Origin: Heterodontus francisci | Lineage: Eukaryota | Length of the DNA stretch: 64,000 nt | Reading direction: 5' to 3' | Assembly: GCF_036365525.1 (NCBI RefSeq) | Contig: NC_090384.1 | Coordinates: 55,797,895 to 55,861,894 of the forward strand | Part shown: positions 1-13,302 of the stretch, in pieces | How the letters are laid out: the number at the start of each line of letters is the position of its first letter | Position numbering within the stretch: the first letter of the stretch is position 1 | Program-made: the position numbers and the translations under genes | Notes under the pieces: model-generated | What the model saw: the letters and a program-made list of their open reading frames with translations, nothing else | Database searches by the model: none | What the model was told of the DNA's origin: nothing

Positions 1-2009
1 CATGATTTTACATTTAATTCATATTCGAAATTACACCTCAAGGTTCAGACTGCATTCCTCAGGAACGATTCTTCAATCTGATTGGTTGAAGCCACACACT
101 GTTACTTGTCCTGTTCACACAAGTCCCAGATCCCCTGTTCAATTTGCAGTGAGGTATCAGTTTCCTGATGACCATAAGTTGCCGCTCAAAAGCCCCTAAA
201 GGTCTGAAGGCAACGTCAGCCTAATGAACGGTGGGTGAGTGCCATTCATTTGCTGCTGACTACAAAATCTGGACCAATGTACTTCCCTTCTCTTTCCTAT
301 CCCCTTTTCTATGCCTTTCTTAGTCACCCTGTTTGATATTTACGAATAGCCTCTCGTAAATAAAAGCTAAAAGGATTCTTGGATGTATCAACACAGTGCC
401 ATAGTTGAAGAAGATGGTGTTCCTCAAGTGTGAGCCCCTGCCAAACATGGGGGAGTCTGCAGCCTTTAATATACAATGCTTCACACTTCTGATCTTTTTA
501 CCACAAAGTTGTGAAATTATATTAATTCTCCTTAAAACAAAATATCACTAATACTTAGTCTACAGTTTAAGATGATCTCAAAATGTAAGTTCATCCATAA
601 TTTCAAGTAATTTGGATTCCAAGGATAAACATATTATAAAATGATTTATCAATATGCAACTGTGGAGCAATCACAATTCCATCAGTAAAAAAAAACTGCA
701 TTTGTGTTAGTTACAAAATAATGACATATTCACAAACAAATTACAATAAAACATGCTTTCATTGCCTCATAGAAAAAGTAAAACAGAATTATAGAACAAA
801 TATGGGTTATGGAAATCTAGGTTATGGGAGTTGAAGAGAAATTCATATCTAAAAACATTCGAAAAAACAAGAAGCCTAAAAAAATTATCTTTGGTTATCC
901 ATTCTAATATACAAGCCAAAAATAAAATCTAGTTTGAAGAATTTTTATTCTACACAATAAGCACACAAGCTGTGTAACAGTGTCCAATCACTAACATGAC
1001 AGAATTGTGGACCGATAAGTGCTGTTTGCTACTAGATCAAATCATCGAAGTGCAAAAATGTCACAGGCTCAATTCTTCACTAACTTAAACTAATAAATTG
1101 TCAATGAAAGTGGATGTTGCAACACAGGATGGTTCCTGGCAGCAGTATTTCAAGGCCAGAATGGTAGTCAAAGGGTTAATCAAATCAAAACAAAAGTCTT
1201 CAACTTTAAGGTAAAAACTTATAATGATGGTAAAGTGTTTACCAAGTATCTCTATTTTGCACAGTCACATGGAACAGTGTTTGGAAAACAATTCCAAATA
1301 AAAGTGGGATTAGAAGACAAAATGAGCTTGGCATTGTCCATCCATTTCCGGGTCCTGGATTCAAATATTAGCCAGACAATTAGAATTATTTTTTTCTGCT
1401 GCCTACAAGAATTGAAAATTTAATGAATCTTAGGTGATCTTAACTTCAGTTGCTAATGATTTCAATTCCACAGTGGAAAATTGCCCACATTTCAGTACTA
1501 AACTGTGACTTGGTGCATTAAAAACTGTTCTTCAGAGGCTGGGATCAATGTACATTTTTGGGATACTGCAAAAGGAGCTTAACTCTCTACATTTTCTACG
1601 TTACACCAATCCAAAATTGTGTGATTATATAAACAGTGAAGACAATTAGAAAGATTCCCATTTTCGTCACTAAGGACAAAATTCATAAATTTTCCAAGAA
1701 CAATATTAAGTTTCCATGGTTACTACTAAACAAGGTTGTTTTTCCATCCACAACACAAGTCTTCTTTGTTGCCATTAACATAAACAGCAACAGCTCCCAC
1801 AGATCCAAAATAACTGTTTGTTCTTCCAGCTTCTAACATCAATGTTCTTTTTTGGGATTCCAAAGCAAAGGATATTTTAAAACATTCTTTCACACAGGAG
1901 TCTATTGGAGAAGATTCAAGAGTCTGAAATTGGATTAAAAACTGGTTAGAAGGGAGGAAACAGGTAAGAGTTAAGGACAGTTTTTCAGAGTTGTTCATAT
2001 TTGTAAAAA

Positions 2010-2450
2010 GTAGTTAACGCCTGATGAACTTGAATGAATTTTTTGAAGAGCTGACTAAAGTAGTGGACAGGGGAATGTCTATGGATGTTATTTATGTGGA
2101 CTTCCAGAAGGCATTTGATAAAGTCCTGCATGAGAGACTGTTAGCTAAAGTTGAAGCTCATGGAATTAAAGAAAAATTATTGGCCAGGTTAGGAAATAGC
2201 TGAGCAGTAGGAGACACAGTGGTGATAATGGGCAGCTACTCTAATTAGTTGGATGCGACTAGTGGTGACCCACAAGACTGAGTACTGGGGCCTTAACTAC
2301 TCACTGTACTCAATGGCTTAGATGATGGGACATATCCACATTTACTGATGACATAACGATAGGTGGCATTGTAAGTTGTGTACATGGAAGCACAAATTTA
2401 TAGATATAAATAGTCTAAGTGAATGGACAACAAATTAGCAGATGGAAGTA
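2010..2450 (+). mobile_element. CR1-type LINE RT fragment (degenerate)
   Basis: Reads as DVIYVDFQKAFDKV...RLLAKVEAHGI and later ADD/IGG-like motifs, with stops and frameshifts. Confidence 0.8.
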
Positions 2451-2535
2451 ATGTCAGTAAAGGTAATAAAAAGAGAACATACTGGAAATACTTAACAGTT
2501 CAGGCAGCATCCATGGAGAGAGAAAGAGAGTTAAA

Positions 2536-5500
2536 GGACTAGATTTTGCCAAGTGACGCAAAATCCCAACACCAGGGTCATTTCGGGGTTGCACAAATGG
2601 CAGGACTTCTGTGGGTATCTTGCGCAATGCGGCCAATTAATGACATGTCTGCAGGGGAGCCGACCAATATCGGTTGGGGGGGGTGGGAGTTTGTGTCGGC
2701 AGCGAGCTTGAGGACGGCATCTTTAAGGGATGGTCGGCAGCTTTCATGCTGGCTGCACATAGGGAAGGCTGAAGAGTGCAGCAGAAGGCTGTGTGGGGGG
2801 ATGGCAGGACTGCGAAGAAGGGTCACTCCACAGTTCAGTGGCACCTCCGGCAGGTAGTGAGGGCAAGGAAGGAAGTACTATTTCCAGAGGATGGGATGAG
2901 GAGGCCAGCCTGACTAATGAAGAAGGCCTGGGATGAAGGTGGCCAAAGAGATGAGCAGCCGTGCGGTCATGGTGCAAGGTGGCAGTGCTGCATGTATAAT
3001 ATGCTGGCCATGACATAAGCAGTGATGCAGATGACCCATGCACTGGGACTCAACAAGGACCAAGATAGAGGGTAATGTCACAACAGAGCACCATGACCAA
3101 TCATTAATGCTCAATGCAGTACCAAACATGGGTGAATGCATGCAGTAGTCCTCCCAGTGCTCCATGTAGATGCTGAGCCTCTGGAATCATCAGCTAAATG
3201 GGTGCTTGTAGAGCAGGAGTGGGAAATTAGTAGCCATCTGTCAGAGTTCCCAGAGGCTGTTCACTCCCATGTGTGCATGATGGAGGAGTCCACCAATGCT
3301 ATGTGTGGCAGCACGACTCTGGTTTATGAGCGCATGGACAACTGCATTGAGTGAGTGGTGATCCACACGCAGCAGGCCACCGAGTGGATGCAGGAGGCAC
3401 ATACCAGCCTCCCAGTGTGGCATCAACTTTGAGTGGTATTGAGCACTGGATTGGAAAGATGGCTCAGAGACACATGAATCCAGGTAAGGAGAGTACGGAT
3501 GGCCCATGAAAGGGTCAAGGAAGGGATGGCTGATGGAAACGGCAGCTCTGCTGAAGGCGACCCCAGCTTTGACGGCAGACCCTTGGCCCCCCTGACAGTG
3601 ACTGCTTCCAACCCTGATTTCAGAGGCTGCCCCACCCAGAAGCATGTGACCCAACCCATGCTGGGCCCTCAAAGGCTTTGCCACGCAAAGGTCATCTGCC
3701 ATTGTAGGGCAAGGATGGATGATGCACTTGGGATGAAGTCCTCACAGGATCAGTGACATTGTCACGGCACGGCACTGCATGCCATCAGGGCATCCACAGA
3801 GAGGTGCCTGGCTCTGGTCCAGTGGAGGCATGGAGAGTCTCAGCTGAATCTAGTGTAGATAAGGGAATCATGGATTTCTGTTGTGCGCATGTCAATGGCC
3901 CGGGCATCAACGCCTCCTGTACATAGCCATTGGTTCTAACTCAGCTTACCCCTCAGCCTCCTCATTGGAGGAGGCAGCATGCTCAAGAGAATCATTCAGT
4001 GCCAGTTCAACTCCTCTGTTGCGCCAGCTTGTGCACAGCGCAACACACCATCGGAAACTCTTGAGGGGCTTTACTGGAGGTCTTCCTAGAATGGTCTAAA
4101 CATTTAAAACGCACCTTAAGAAGGCCAATTGCCTGTTCAGTAGTCACCCTTACAAGTTAGATGGCTCTGATTGCATGTTTCTTCTGCCTTGGTGTTGGGA
4201 TTCTGCACTGGTGTGAGCAGCCCTGTCTTTAGTAGATAATCTGCATTACCCAGGACCCAACCACAAAGGCTTGCCAGTGGAACGAACAATTGGGGCACCT
4301 GGCAATGTCTCAGAATGAAAGAGTCATGGCAGGTTTTCAGGAACTGAGAGCACACTTGCAGGATCCTTTTGCAGTGATATCACATACAATTTGCACATTG
4401 AAGGAATGGAACCCCTTCTTGTTGACAAAAGCACTTGGCTGCTCTTGAGAAGCCTTGATGGCCACATGCGTGTAGTCTATTACCTCCTGGACCTGAGAGA
4501 ATCCTGCTATGGTGCCGGAGCCAATCATCCTCTCAGCCAAACGTGGATTATTGGTCAAGATCCTTATGTCGTTCCCTGCCCTCGCAAAAAAGACATCTGC
4601 CACCTGCTCAATGCAATGATGGGCCACAGATTGAGAAATCCTATAATTGTTCCCAGTCAATCCCTGGAATGACTCTGTAGTGAAACCATTCACCTTCACT
4701 GCCACAGGCAATGAGTGCCCACCACATCCCAGCGGCCTCAATTCCTCCTCCAGAATGCTGCATAGGTCAGCGACCACCTGTCTTGATAAATGCATTCTTC
4801 AAGATACTGGTGCTCCAATGGGTCCATCAAGCTGAGCTATTGTCCGTTGCTCCTGTGTACTGGGTAGTGCCTTCATTGAGCATCCGACTGCCTTCATGCC
4901 CCTGAGTACCCTCCACGCGTGCGTGCCAGTACAGCATCATATCACTGGTGCTCCTCCCCATGTGGCTGCCGAAGTTTCTCTCTTTCCTTCTGACTGCAGG
5001 AGGCGATCGCTGAGTGCAGGGCACCCATTTCCCTTTGCAGCCTTCAATGCTCAATGGATGTCATTCCCCCACATAGCCCTGCGCTGCCTCGGTTCACTGC
5101 ATGAGTCCTGGGAGAAAACCTTCCAATTGCTGACGTCCGCCGCAGTTTTTTCACACAGCAATCCCTTTAAATTGAACTCCCTTCAATGGCAGCCCTGAGC
5201 CTTCATACTTGGAAACTCTGCACAGCTGAATGCCTGTCAGTTTCAGCCAACAATCACTTCCTGCTATGCTCTTGTTTCATTTGAGCTGGCTTGCCACTGC
5301 AGCTCTGTGGCACCCGTGTGCCTTCTATAAAATTCAAATCACTGTGCAAAATTGCCATTAATGACTCCCTTAAATGGCTTCAATTGGATGCACTCCTTCA
5401 GCTAGCGGAATCCTTTTTCTGCTCCCATGCCACCCCTGGAAAGTTTTCCCAGAGGCAGGAAGACATCAGGTAGTCATGCCGATGCGGTTTCCCCACATTT

Positions 5501-5542
5501 TCTGGGCCTACCCACCTCCACGGGGCCAGGAAAATCCAGCCC
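2536..5542. mobile_element. Decayed PIF/Harbinger DNA transposon (Myb/SANT-like remnant on +, HARBI1-like transposase remnant on -)
   Basis: TIRs GGACTAGATTTT / AAAATCCAGCCC with AAA flanking both ends; ORF 4337-4795(-) has IDYTHVAI...NKKGFHSFNVQIVCD. Confidence 0.85.
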
Positions 5543-5602
5543 AAATGTTCAGCTCAATGATCTTTCATCTCAATGGCTGCTACCTGACCTGCTAAGTATT
5601 TT

Positions 5603-5949
5603 TTTATATTTTTATATTTCGAGATACAGCACTGAAATAGGCCCTTCGGCCCACTGAGTCTGTGCCGACCAACAACCACCCATTTATACTAATCCTACAT
5701 TAACCCCATATTCTCTACCACATCCTCACCATTTTCCTACCACCTACCTACACTAGCGGCAATTTACAATGGCCAATTTACCTATCAACCTGCAAGTCTT
5801 TGGCAGTGGGAGGAAACCGGAGCACCTGGCGAAAACCCACGTGGTCACAGGGAGAACTTGCAAACTCCACTCAGGCAGTACCCAGAACCGAACCCGGGTC
5901 GCTGGAGCTGTGAGGCTGCGGTGCTAACCACTGCGCCACTGTGCTGCCC
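5603..5949 (-). mobile_element. tRNA-derived V-SINE (HE1-like)
   Basis: Minus-strand head with A box TGGCGCAGTGG and B-box-like GGGTTCGGTTC; central TGAGTGGAGTTTGCAAGTTCTCCC; LINE-like tail GGGCCGAAGGGCCT. Confidence 0.85.
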
Positions 5950-6136
5950 TGCATTTCCTGCATTCTCTGCTTTTATTTCAATTTCCAGCATTCACAGTGT
6001 TTTGCTTTTGTGTCAGTAAATGTATACTGGTTGAAAGAAAAGATCGAGAACAGGAAGCAGGAGAAACATTTTTACACAAAGGGCTATGAAGATGTGCAAT
6101 GCAGAACCAGGGATAGTCAAATGAGGTGGAGATTTC

Positions 6137-6491
6137 TTATTTTATTTATTTTTATTTTTTATTTAGAGATACAGCACCGAAACAGGCCCTTCGGCCCACC
6201 GAGTCTGTGCCGACCAACAACCACCCATTTATACTAATCCTACACTAATCCCATATTCTCTACCACATCCCCACCATTCTCATACCTACCTACACAAGGG
6301 GCAATTTACAATGGCCAATGTACCTATCAACCTGCAAGTCTTTGGAGGTGGGAGGAAACCGGAGCACCCGGCGGAAACCCACGCAGACACAGGGAGAACT
6401 TGCAAACTCCACACAGTCACTACCCAGAACTGAACCCGGGTCGCTGGAGCTGTGAGGCTGCGGTGCTAACCACTGCGCCACTGTGCCGCCC
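6137..6491 (-). mobile_element. tRNA-derived V-SINE (HE1-like)
   Basis: Near-identical to 5603-5949; (TAAA)n-type tail. Confidence 0.85.
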
Positions 6492-7771
6492 TGAGATGGT
6501 CTCAAGATTTAAGAATAGCTTAGACAGGGAGGATTAAATGAAAGGGAAATAAATGGACATGACAGCATGGCAGGTACAGAGAATTAGGACGACTGCTCAG
6601 GTGGAGGCCAAACACCATCACAGGCTGGGTGAGCTGAACAGTCTAATTCCCTGTTGTAATCTCCCTGTAATAAATAGAGATAACATTCTAGTCTTAGCTG
6701 ACAAACAGAAAGGGCCTCAATAAATTAAACATACATGGCATTTATTAACTGTTAATGGCCTTTGCCGCATTTGGTGGATTAAACATAAATTAGACCTGCA
6801 ACTTTATGTTTCCCCCTCTAGAATAATGTTGTCCTTTAGACCGCTTGAATTTAGAAAGAAATGTGGAAAGTTTAAATTAATTTCTGCTTCTTTCACCAAT
6901 TTATGGCTCCTCACAGGATATCACTGTTAGTGCCAATTCAGAGCTACTCCTTAAATCCATACTGATAACTGGTCCCAAAAACAAGAGCCCAGGGAGTAGG
7001 GTGGCTGCTCTCCACCCCACTTGGATGGATACAGGAGCTATGGGAATAGCAAGATCAATGAGGAAAAAGAAATAAAAACAGTTCAGCCTCAAAAGAAAAA
7101 AAGTAAAATATATTAACAATACAAGGCTTCAATGGTTTAGTCAAAATAAGAGGCAGTCATCATGCCGGTCCTGAAGACCTGCCAGTTCCATACCACCATG
7201 ATTGCTTACATCCACCTCTGAAATGCTATCTGCCTCTTACTCTGCCACTGAAATGCTTGCTTATTTCTGCTTTTATCAAATCTAGACTCACTTTCTCTAA
7301 CGCTCTCCCTGCCAACATCCCACCATCACCCCCATCCCTCCATAAACTGTAACCTGTTAAAAACTCTGTTCTCTACTGAGTCCTGATTGCCCATTACCCC
7401 CATCTCCTCAGGCTACACTGACCTCCTTATCGTCCAACACATTCACATTCATTTTCAAATCATTCCTATGCCAATCTACTCTATCTGCTACATCTTCCAG
7501 CCTCAGATCTCCTCCCATATCCTGCTGTCCTCCAACTTTGATCGATTGTGAGACCACTCTTCCTCCAGCCCACCGGTGGCAGAAGAGTGTTAAGCTGTCA
7601 CTCACCTTTAAAAACTTTCTCAAACCCATCTTTTCAACTAAGCATTTGAACTCATTTCCGAACCTCCTCTCTGGCTCCATATGTATTCTTTTACCTTTTT
7701 ATTTTTTCTAGTTTGGGGGCATTTTCTATGTTAAAGGTGTGATTTGAATGTATTAACACCTAATCTGTACT

Positions 7772-8072
7772 AATGCTTTGTCTTTCAACACACCATTAAC
7801 ATATTGTTTGCCTTTGCTCCATGACCTTTTGGTCAGCTATGTGGCCTGGTCCAATCTGCACCTTCTCCTTTGTTATCTCTTGCCCCACCCCCACCTCACT
7901 TGCTTATAATCTGTAACTTTTCTAATATTTGTCAGTTCCGAAGAAGGGTCACTGACCCGAAACATTAACTCTGCTTCTCTTTCCACAGATGCTGCCAGAC
8001 CTGCTGAGTGATTCCAGCAATTCTTGTTTTTGTTTCAGATTTCCAGCATCTGCAGTATTTTGCTTTGATTTG
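7772..8072 (+). mobile_element. Non-autonomous Penelope-type repeat with hammerhead-like core
   Basis: AGTT-CCGAAGA-A-GGGTC-ACT-GACCC-GAAA-CATT-AACT, followed by the shared tail GATGCTGCCAGACCTGCTGAG...TTTCAGATTTCCAGCATCTGCAG. Confidence 0.7.
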
Positions 8073-8144
8073 AATGTAAGTTGTTTTTTATTTCCCCAAA
8101 TAATTGATCCCATTACATATTCTACATGTAATGTGAAGATTATT

Positions 8145-9165
8145 CTTTCGGCTGCATTTGCTGACAATGCAACCACTAGGTGGTGCAGTACTTGCACATG
8201 CGCAAATGCAGCTTCATCCAGTGACATTTCAATGTCTGCGATGTCTAAAGATAGTGCTGCTCAATTTGTCACAAAAAAAATTAAACCCAAACCCCCTCAA
8301 GGGCTGTAATCGCACCGCCATCCCACCTCCAACAGTATCCCTCCTGCCATTGTACTTCTCTTTGCCACTCGCTCCCCACCTCACCACTACCTTCCCACAG
8401 CCACCCGGTCCCGCCCTCACTGCTTCCCCGCCTTGCTGCTTCGGCCACTCACTCCTCGCTTTACCCCCTCACCCCTCGGATGCTCGCCACTTCCTGCCTC
8501 TCGGTGGCTCACTTCCCGCCTTGCCGCTTTGGCAGCTCGTTCCCCGCACCCCCCACTCACTGTTTCTCCAGGTGAAGCAGAAGGGAACAATCGGCCAAGG
8601 TGGGGAAGCGGCAAGGCCAGGAGTGACCGGCCGAGGGGGGAAACGGCAAGGGTGGATGCGATTGGCTGGTAGTGGTGGGGCGGGGGGGGACACGAGACCG
8701 GGAGCAAGTGGCTGGGGGGGTGTGGGGGAAGCATGAGGCCGGGAGCGATGACGGGGGGGAAGCAGCGAGGCAGGAAGCCAGTGGCCGAGGGTGAAGCAGC
8801 GAGGGTGGAAGCGAGTGGCTGAGGGAAGGCAGCGGCAAAACGGGAAGTGAGCAGCCGAGGAGGGAAGCAGCGAAGGCGGGAGCGAATGGCTGAGGGGAGG
8901 GAAGCGGCCAGGCAGGATGGAGTGGCGAGTTGTCGGAGCAGGAAATTGAAAATGGCAATTGAAGCATAGATGGCGAGAGGAGCAGGTTTCTATTAGGGGG
9001 AATGGAGACAGCGATTGAAGGGTGAGGACGTCATTGCGCGGTGACGTCAGCACAAGCATGCGCAAATTTGTACTGGAAAACAGGCAAATGTTCTCACGCT
9101 ACGATGACGTCCGCGATCGCTCTGCGTGTGCTCTGCGTTGTCATGAGTCACTGTGTATTTAGTTT
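8145..9165. repeat. GC-rich interspersed repeat with internal foldback (related inverted copy at about 50360-51245)
   Basis: 8150-8350 is the reverse complement of 51040-51245; a pyrimidine-rich half is followed by a purine-rich half. Confidence 0.6.
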
Positions 9166-9866
9166 TCCCCAAGAAGATAAGATTGTATAACAGTGTAGAA
9201 TATTTGAAGGAATACATCCCATTTCCTCATCTCACTGGGCCAGACATCAATTCTAGCCACCAGGGCAGCCAGGCAATTTACGCTTATGCTCCTTGATCTT
9301 GTATGCAGTTAGCTACATGGTAGATTGTTTATGGGCTTTTTACAGCTGATAAACATTTGTACCCACATGTGTCTGATCTCATTGAAGTTGTTACTCTTCT
9401 TTCTACCTTTAAGGAGATAACAGCACTGAAGTTAACACCTGACACTAAATACAAAGCAGCAACTCTAAGCCACTGATTTAAATCATATTTGCTGATGATA
9501 TCTATAAAACTGAAATCCCCTCTGCAGTTATTGCTCAAGTCTTGACAGAATAAACATGACTTGGAGTAATGCCTAAAGTAAAACATTCCATCTGTTGAAA
9601 GCAAACGGCACACACAGGGAAAGCTAAGCAAGAATTTGCACTTTTCTTTCTTACACAAATACGGGATTGACAAGGCTTTACTTCTGCTGCCTGTACCCAT
9701 TGCTTAAAAAAATATACTATAATTATGGAGCAATGGTAATAACTATAATGTTTACCCTAATCTTGCACTTAGCAGGACTGGCGAGTTTTGTTATAGCTGA
9801 AAAAATAGTTTTTAAAAAATGTAGTCAACCTTCCTGTGGTACTCTATACAAAATGTGAAGACCAAG

Positions 9867-10511
9867 GGCAGAATTTTCACTCTCATATGGGGGCGAGAAT
9901 GGAGGTGGGCAGGCGCACAATTTCACACCACCAGCCAGTATGCCAGTTTGCTGGGACCATCCCACCCCGGGCCATTTTCCCGGAAGTGGGATTTGGGCCG
10001 GAAGGACTACACGTCTGCAAGCGGAGAGTAGCCAATGTAAGTCAAAGGCCGACTGGAATATTCCAGTTAGTCTGCAGGCCCCCTGCGGCATTGGGAAAAC
10101 ACCAGCTGCCTGGAGGTGGCAGACCGGGGTGTGGGGGGGGGGGCCAGCATTCCATGCGGATTTTGAAGTCCTCCCTATCTACCTGGCCATAGCTGTGCCA
10201 CCCTGTGGCGGATTCCCTCTCAAGAATGGTGGCCCAGCAGCTGTGGCCATTTTTTAATTCAAAGCTTTTAAAAGTGCTGAGAGAGCCTCAAGATGGAGGT
10301 GGCCTCTCTCTCCCTTGTCTGCCAAGACTGCAGCTCCTTCCATGCTGCAGGGCCTCCTATTCGGCCTCTAGCTTCAAGGGCTCGCCCGCCCTCCTTAATT
10401 GGCCACTTTAGCAAAAATCATTGCCGGGTGACTGCTCTTAACATAGTGCAAGGTCAGGGCCCCAATTTGACCCCAACATTGGGGTCCCGACCCAAAACTC
10501 AAAATCCTGCC
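9867..10511. mobile_element. Harbinger-type MITE
   Basis: Ends GGGCAGAATTTT / AAAATCCTGCC. Confidence 0.6.
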
Positions 10512-10782
10512 TTCAGTATAATCTCTTGGTGAAAGAGGAGGACAGAGAGATAAGCAAGAAATAAGGGCAATGTTGAGATGCTAAAAGCCAGCAACAATAT
10601 ATAAAGATGCCAATGAGTGCAAGCAGGCCAGAATGAGCTGCAAGACCCGTATGGGCAGCACTGAACAACAGCTATGGTAGAAGTAGTGATAATAATGGCT
10701 GCATAACCAAGGATATTGAGCAGCTGTGTCTAAGCAATAAGATGGGAAAGGCATTCAATGCTGGCTCAAATGGTGGGGAGGG

Positions 10783-11121
10783 ATGCTTTGTCTTTCAGCA
10801 CACCATTAGCATACCGTTTGCCTTTGTTCCATGACCTTCTGGTCAGTTAATCTCTATGACCTTGTCTTATCAACACCTTCTCTTTTGTCATCTCTTGCTC
10901 CACCCACCCCACCCCCCGCCCCCCCCCCCCCCCCCCCCCCCCGCTTTACTTGCTTAAACTCTTTTATATTTGTAATATTTGCCAGTTCTGAAGAAGGGTC
11001 ACTGACCCGAAACATTAACTCTGCTTCTCTCTCCACAGATGCTGCCAGACCTGCTGAGTATTTCCAGCATTTCTTGTTTTTATTTCAGATTTCCAGCATC
11101 TGCAGTATTTTGCTTTTATTT
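10783..11121 (+). mobile_element. Non-autonomous Penelope-type repeat with hammerhead-like core and internal poly-C
   Basis: CTGAAGA-A-GGGTC-ACT-GACCC-GAAA at 10988-11012; same family as 7772-8072; C run about 10900-10943. Confidence 0.7.
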
Positions 11122-11324
11122 TGGAAGTTTAAATAACTTTGCTGTTGGTGCATAGATACTGGGAAGGAGAACATTTTAGCAGTTACTAAACAGTTTCTAT
11201 TTTTTGAAAATACCTGCCAAATATATGAGGGAGGAGGGATGTTGCTGTCTGATGCCAAAGGCTTTAAACTAGTAAGATGGGGGGAAGGATCTACAAGAAA
11301 TGTAAGCAGCCTAAATTTTTTTAT

Positions 11325-11650
11325 TTTTTTTTAATTCATTCATGGGATGTGGGTAGCGCTGGCCAGGCCAGCATTTATTGACCATCCCTAATTGCCCTTG
11401 AGAAGGTGGTGTGAGCTGCCTTCTTGAACTGCTGCAGTTCATGTGAGGTAGGTATACCCACAGTGCTGTTAGGAAGGGAGTTCCAGGATTTTGACCCAGC
11501 GACAGTGAAGGAACAGCAATATAGTTCCAAGTCAGGATGGTGTGTGACTTGGAGGGGAACTTGCAGGTGGTGGTGTTCCCATGTATGTGCTGCCCTTGTC
11601 CTTCTAGTTGGTAGAGGTCGCAGATTTGGAAGGTGCTGTCTAAGGAGCCT
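11325..11650 (-). mobile_element. 3' end of a non-LTR retrotransposon (same family as 31281-31960)
   Basis: Reverse complement of 31650-31960, with A-rich tail. Confidence 0.75.
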
Positions 11651-12294
11651 ATTAAATAGGAAATCCTATTAAAAATTAGATAAAATGTCTGTACAGCAAT
11701 GTGTACAGTGTGTGTAAATAAACAGGGGAGCTGGAGGCAATCGTGCATCGGGAGGAACCAGACATATTAGGGATTACTGAGATACAGCTGCAGAAAAGTC
11801 AGGACTGGAAATTAAACAATGCAGGGTGTAACATATTTAGAAAAGATAGAGGGGAAAAAAGGGGAGGTGGAGTAGCTGTAGTTATTAGGGATAACATAAT
11901 GGCAGTAGAAAAAAGGGACACATTTATCAGCAAGACAAAAATAGAATCCATTTGGATAGTGATAAAAGATAATAAAGGATGAATCGTACTAATAGGTGTC
12001 ATCTGCAGACCACCTAATAGTGGAAGGGAGATGGAGGAAGAAATATACAGACAAATTAGGAAATTGAGTAAGAAACACAGAACAAAAATCATGGGGAATT
12101 CAACTACCCTGAAATTAATTGGACAGAAGAGGTAGGTAAAGGGGATAAGGGAATGGAGTTCCTACAATGTGTACAGGACTCTTTTCTAACCCGATATGTA
12201 AAAAGCCCAATAAGAGAAGATTTGTTATTGGATCTAGTAATGGGAAATGAACCAGAGCAGATAAGGGAAGTAAAAGTAAGGGAACATCTAGGCA

Positions 12295-12641
12295 TTAGAT
12301 TAGATTAGAGATACAGCACTGAAACAGGCCCTTCGGCCCACCGAGTCTGTGCCGACCATCAGCCACCCATTTATACTAATCCTACACTAATCCCATATTC
12401 CTACCAAACATCCCCACCTGTCCCTATATTTCCCTACCACCTACCTATACTAGTGACAATTTATAATGGCCAATTTACCTACCAACCTGCAAGTCTTTTG
12501 GCTAGTGGGAGGAAACCGGAGCACCCGGAGAAAACCCACGCAGACACAGGGAGAACTTGCAAACTCCACACAGGCAGTATCCAGGATCGAACCTGGGTCC
12601 CTGCAGCTGTGAGACTGCAGTGCTAACCACTGCGCCACTCT
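12295..12641 (-). mobile_element. tRNA-derived V-SINE (HE1-like)
   Basis: Same family; (CTAAT)n tail; inserted in the CR1. Confidence 0.85.
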
Positions 12642-13302
12642 GCACTGACCATAATATAATACGCTTTAAGATGATAATAGAGAAGGACATATGTATGACG
12701 AAAATCAAGTTAATAGATTGGACAAAATCTGATTTTGAGGGGCAGAGACTACAACTTGGGAAAATAAAATGGGCAACAATATTGGCAAACAACGATGTAG
12801 AACAACTATATGAAACATTTAAAATGGTGTTCAAAAGAGTGCAGGAAAGATATATTCCACTAAAAGGACAGAACAACCTAAACACTAGTGGGACTCTTTG
12901 GATGAATAAAGACATAAGGAACAACTGAGGGTTAGGAAAGAGGTACACGGACAGCAGATGACTGCATGATAAGAGAGGATATGAAGAGATTAGGAGAGAA
13001 GACCAAAAAAAAATTAGGAAGGCAAATAGGAACTATAAAATTAAATTATCATGGAACATAAAACAAAATAGTAAAATATTTTACAGGCACATCAATAAAA
13101 AAAACACTGGGATGGGAATAAGGCCATTAAGAGATAGACAGGAGAATACTATAGGTAGAGATAGAGCGATAGCAGAAATATTAAATAATTATTTAGCTTT
13201 GGTCTTTAGCAAAGAGATAGGACAGGTAGACATGACATTGAATGATGATCTGATTAACAAGTGCATTTAAAGTTTATAAAGGGGGTGTATTGAATAAACT
13301 AA

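Noticed and set aside
1726-1998. 90-aa minus-strand ORF as a further exon
   Set aside because: Partly antisense to a CR1 remnant (WIKNWLEGRKQ on +); no recognisable domain or clear splice sites.
5880-5949. tRNA genes at SINE heads
   Set aside because: A/B boxes continue into SINE body and LINE-like tail in four near-identical copies; no complete cloverleaf.
8158-9065. Long Pro/Gly-rich ORFs (also 50612-51096)
   Set aside because: Open on both strands because of low-complexity GC-rich repeat sequence.
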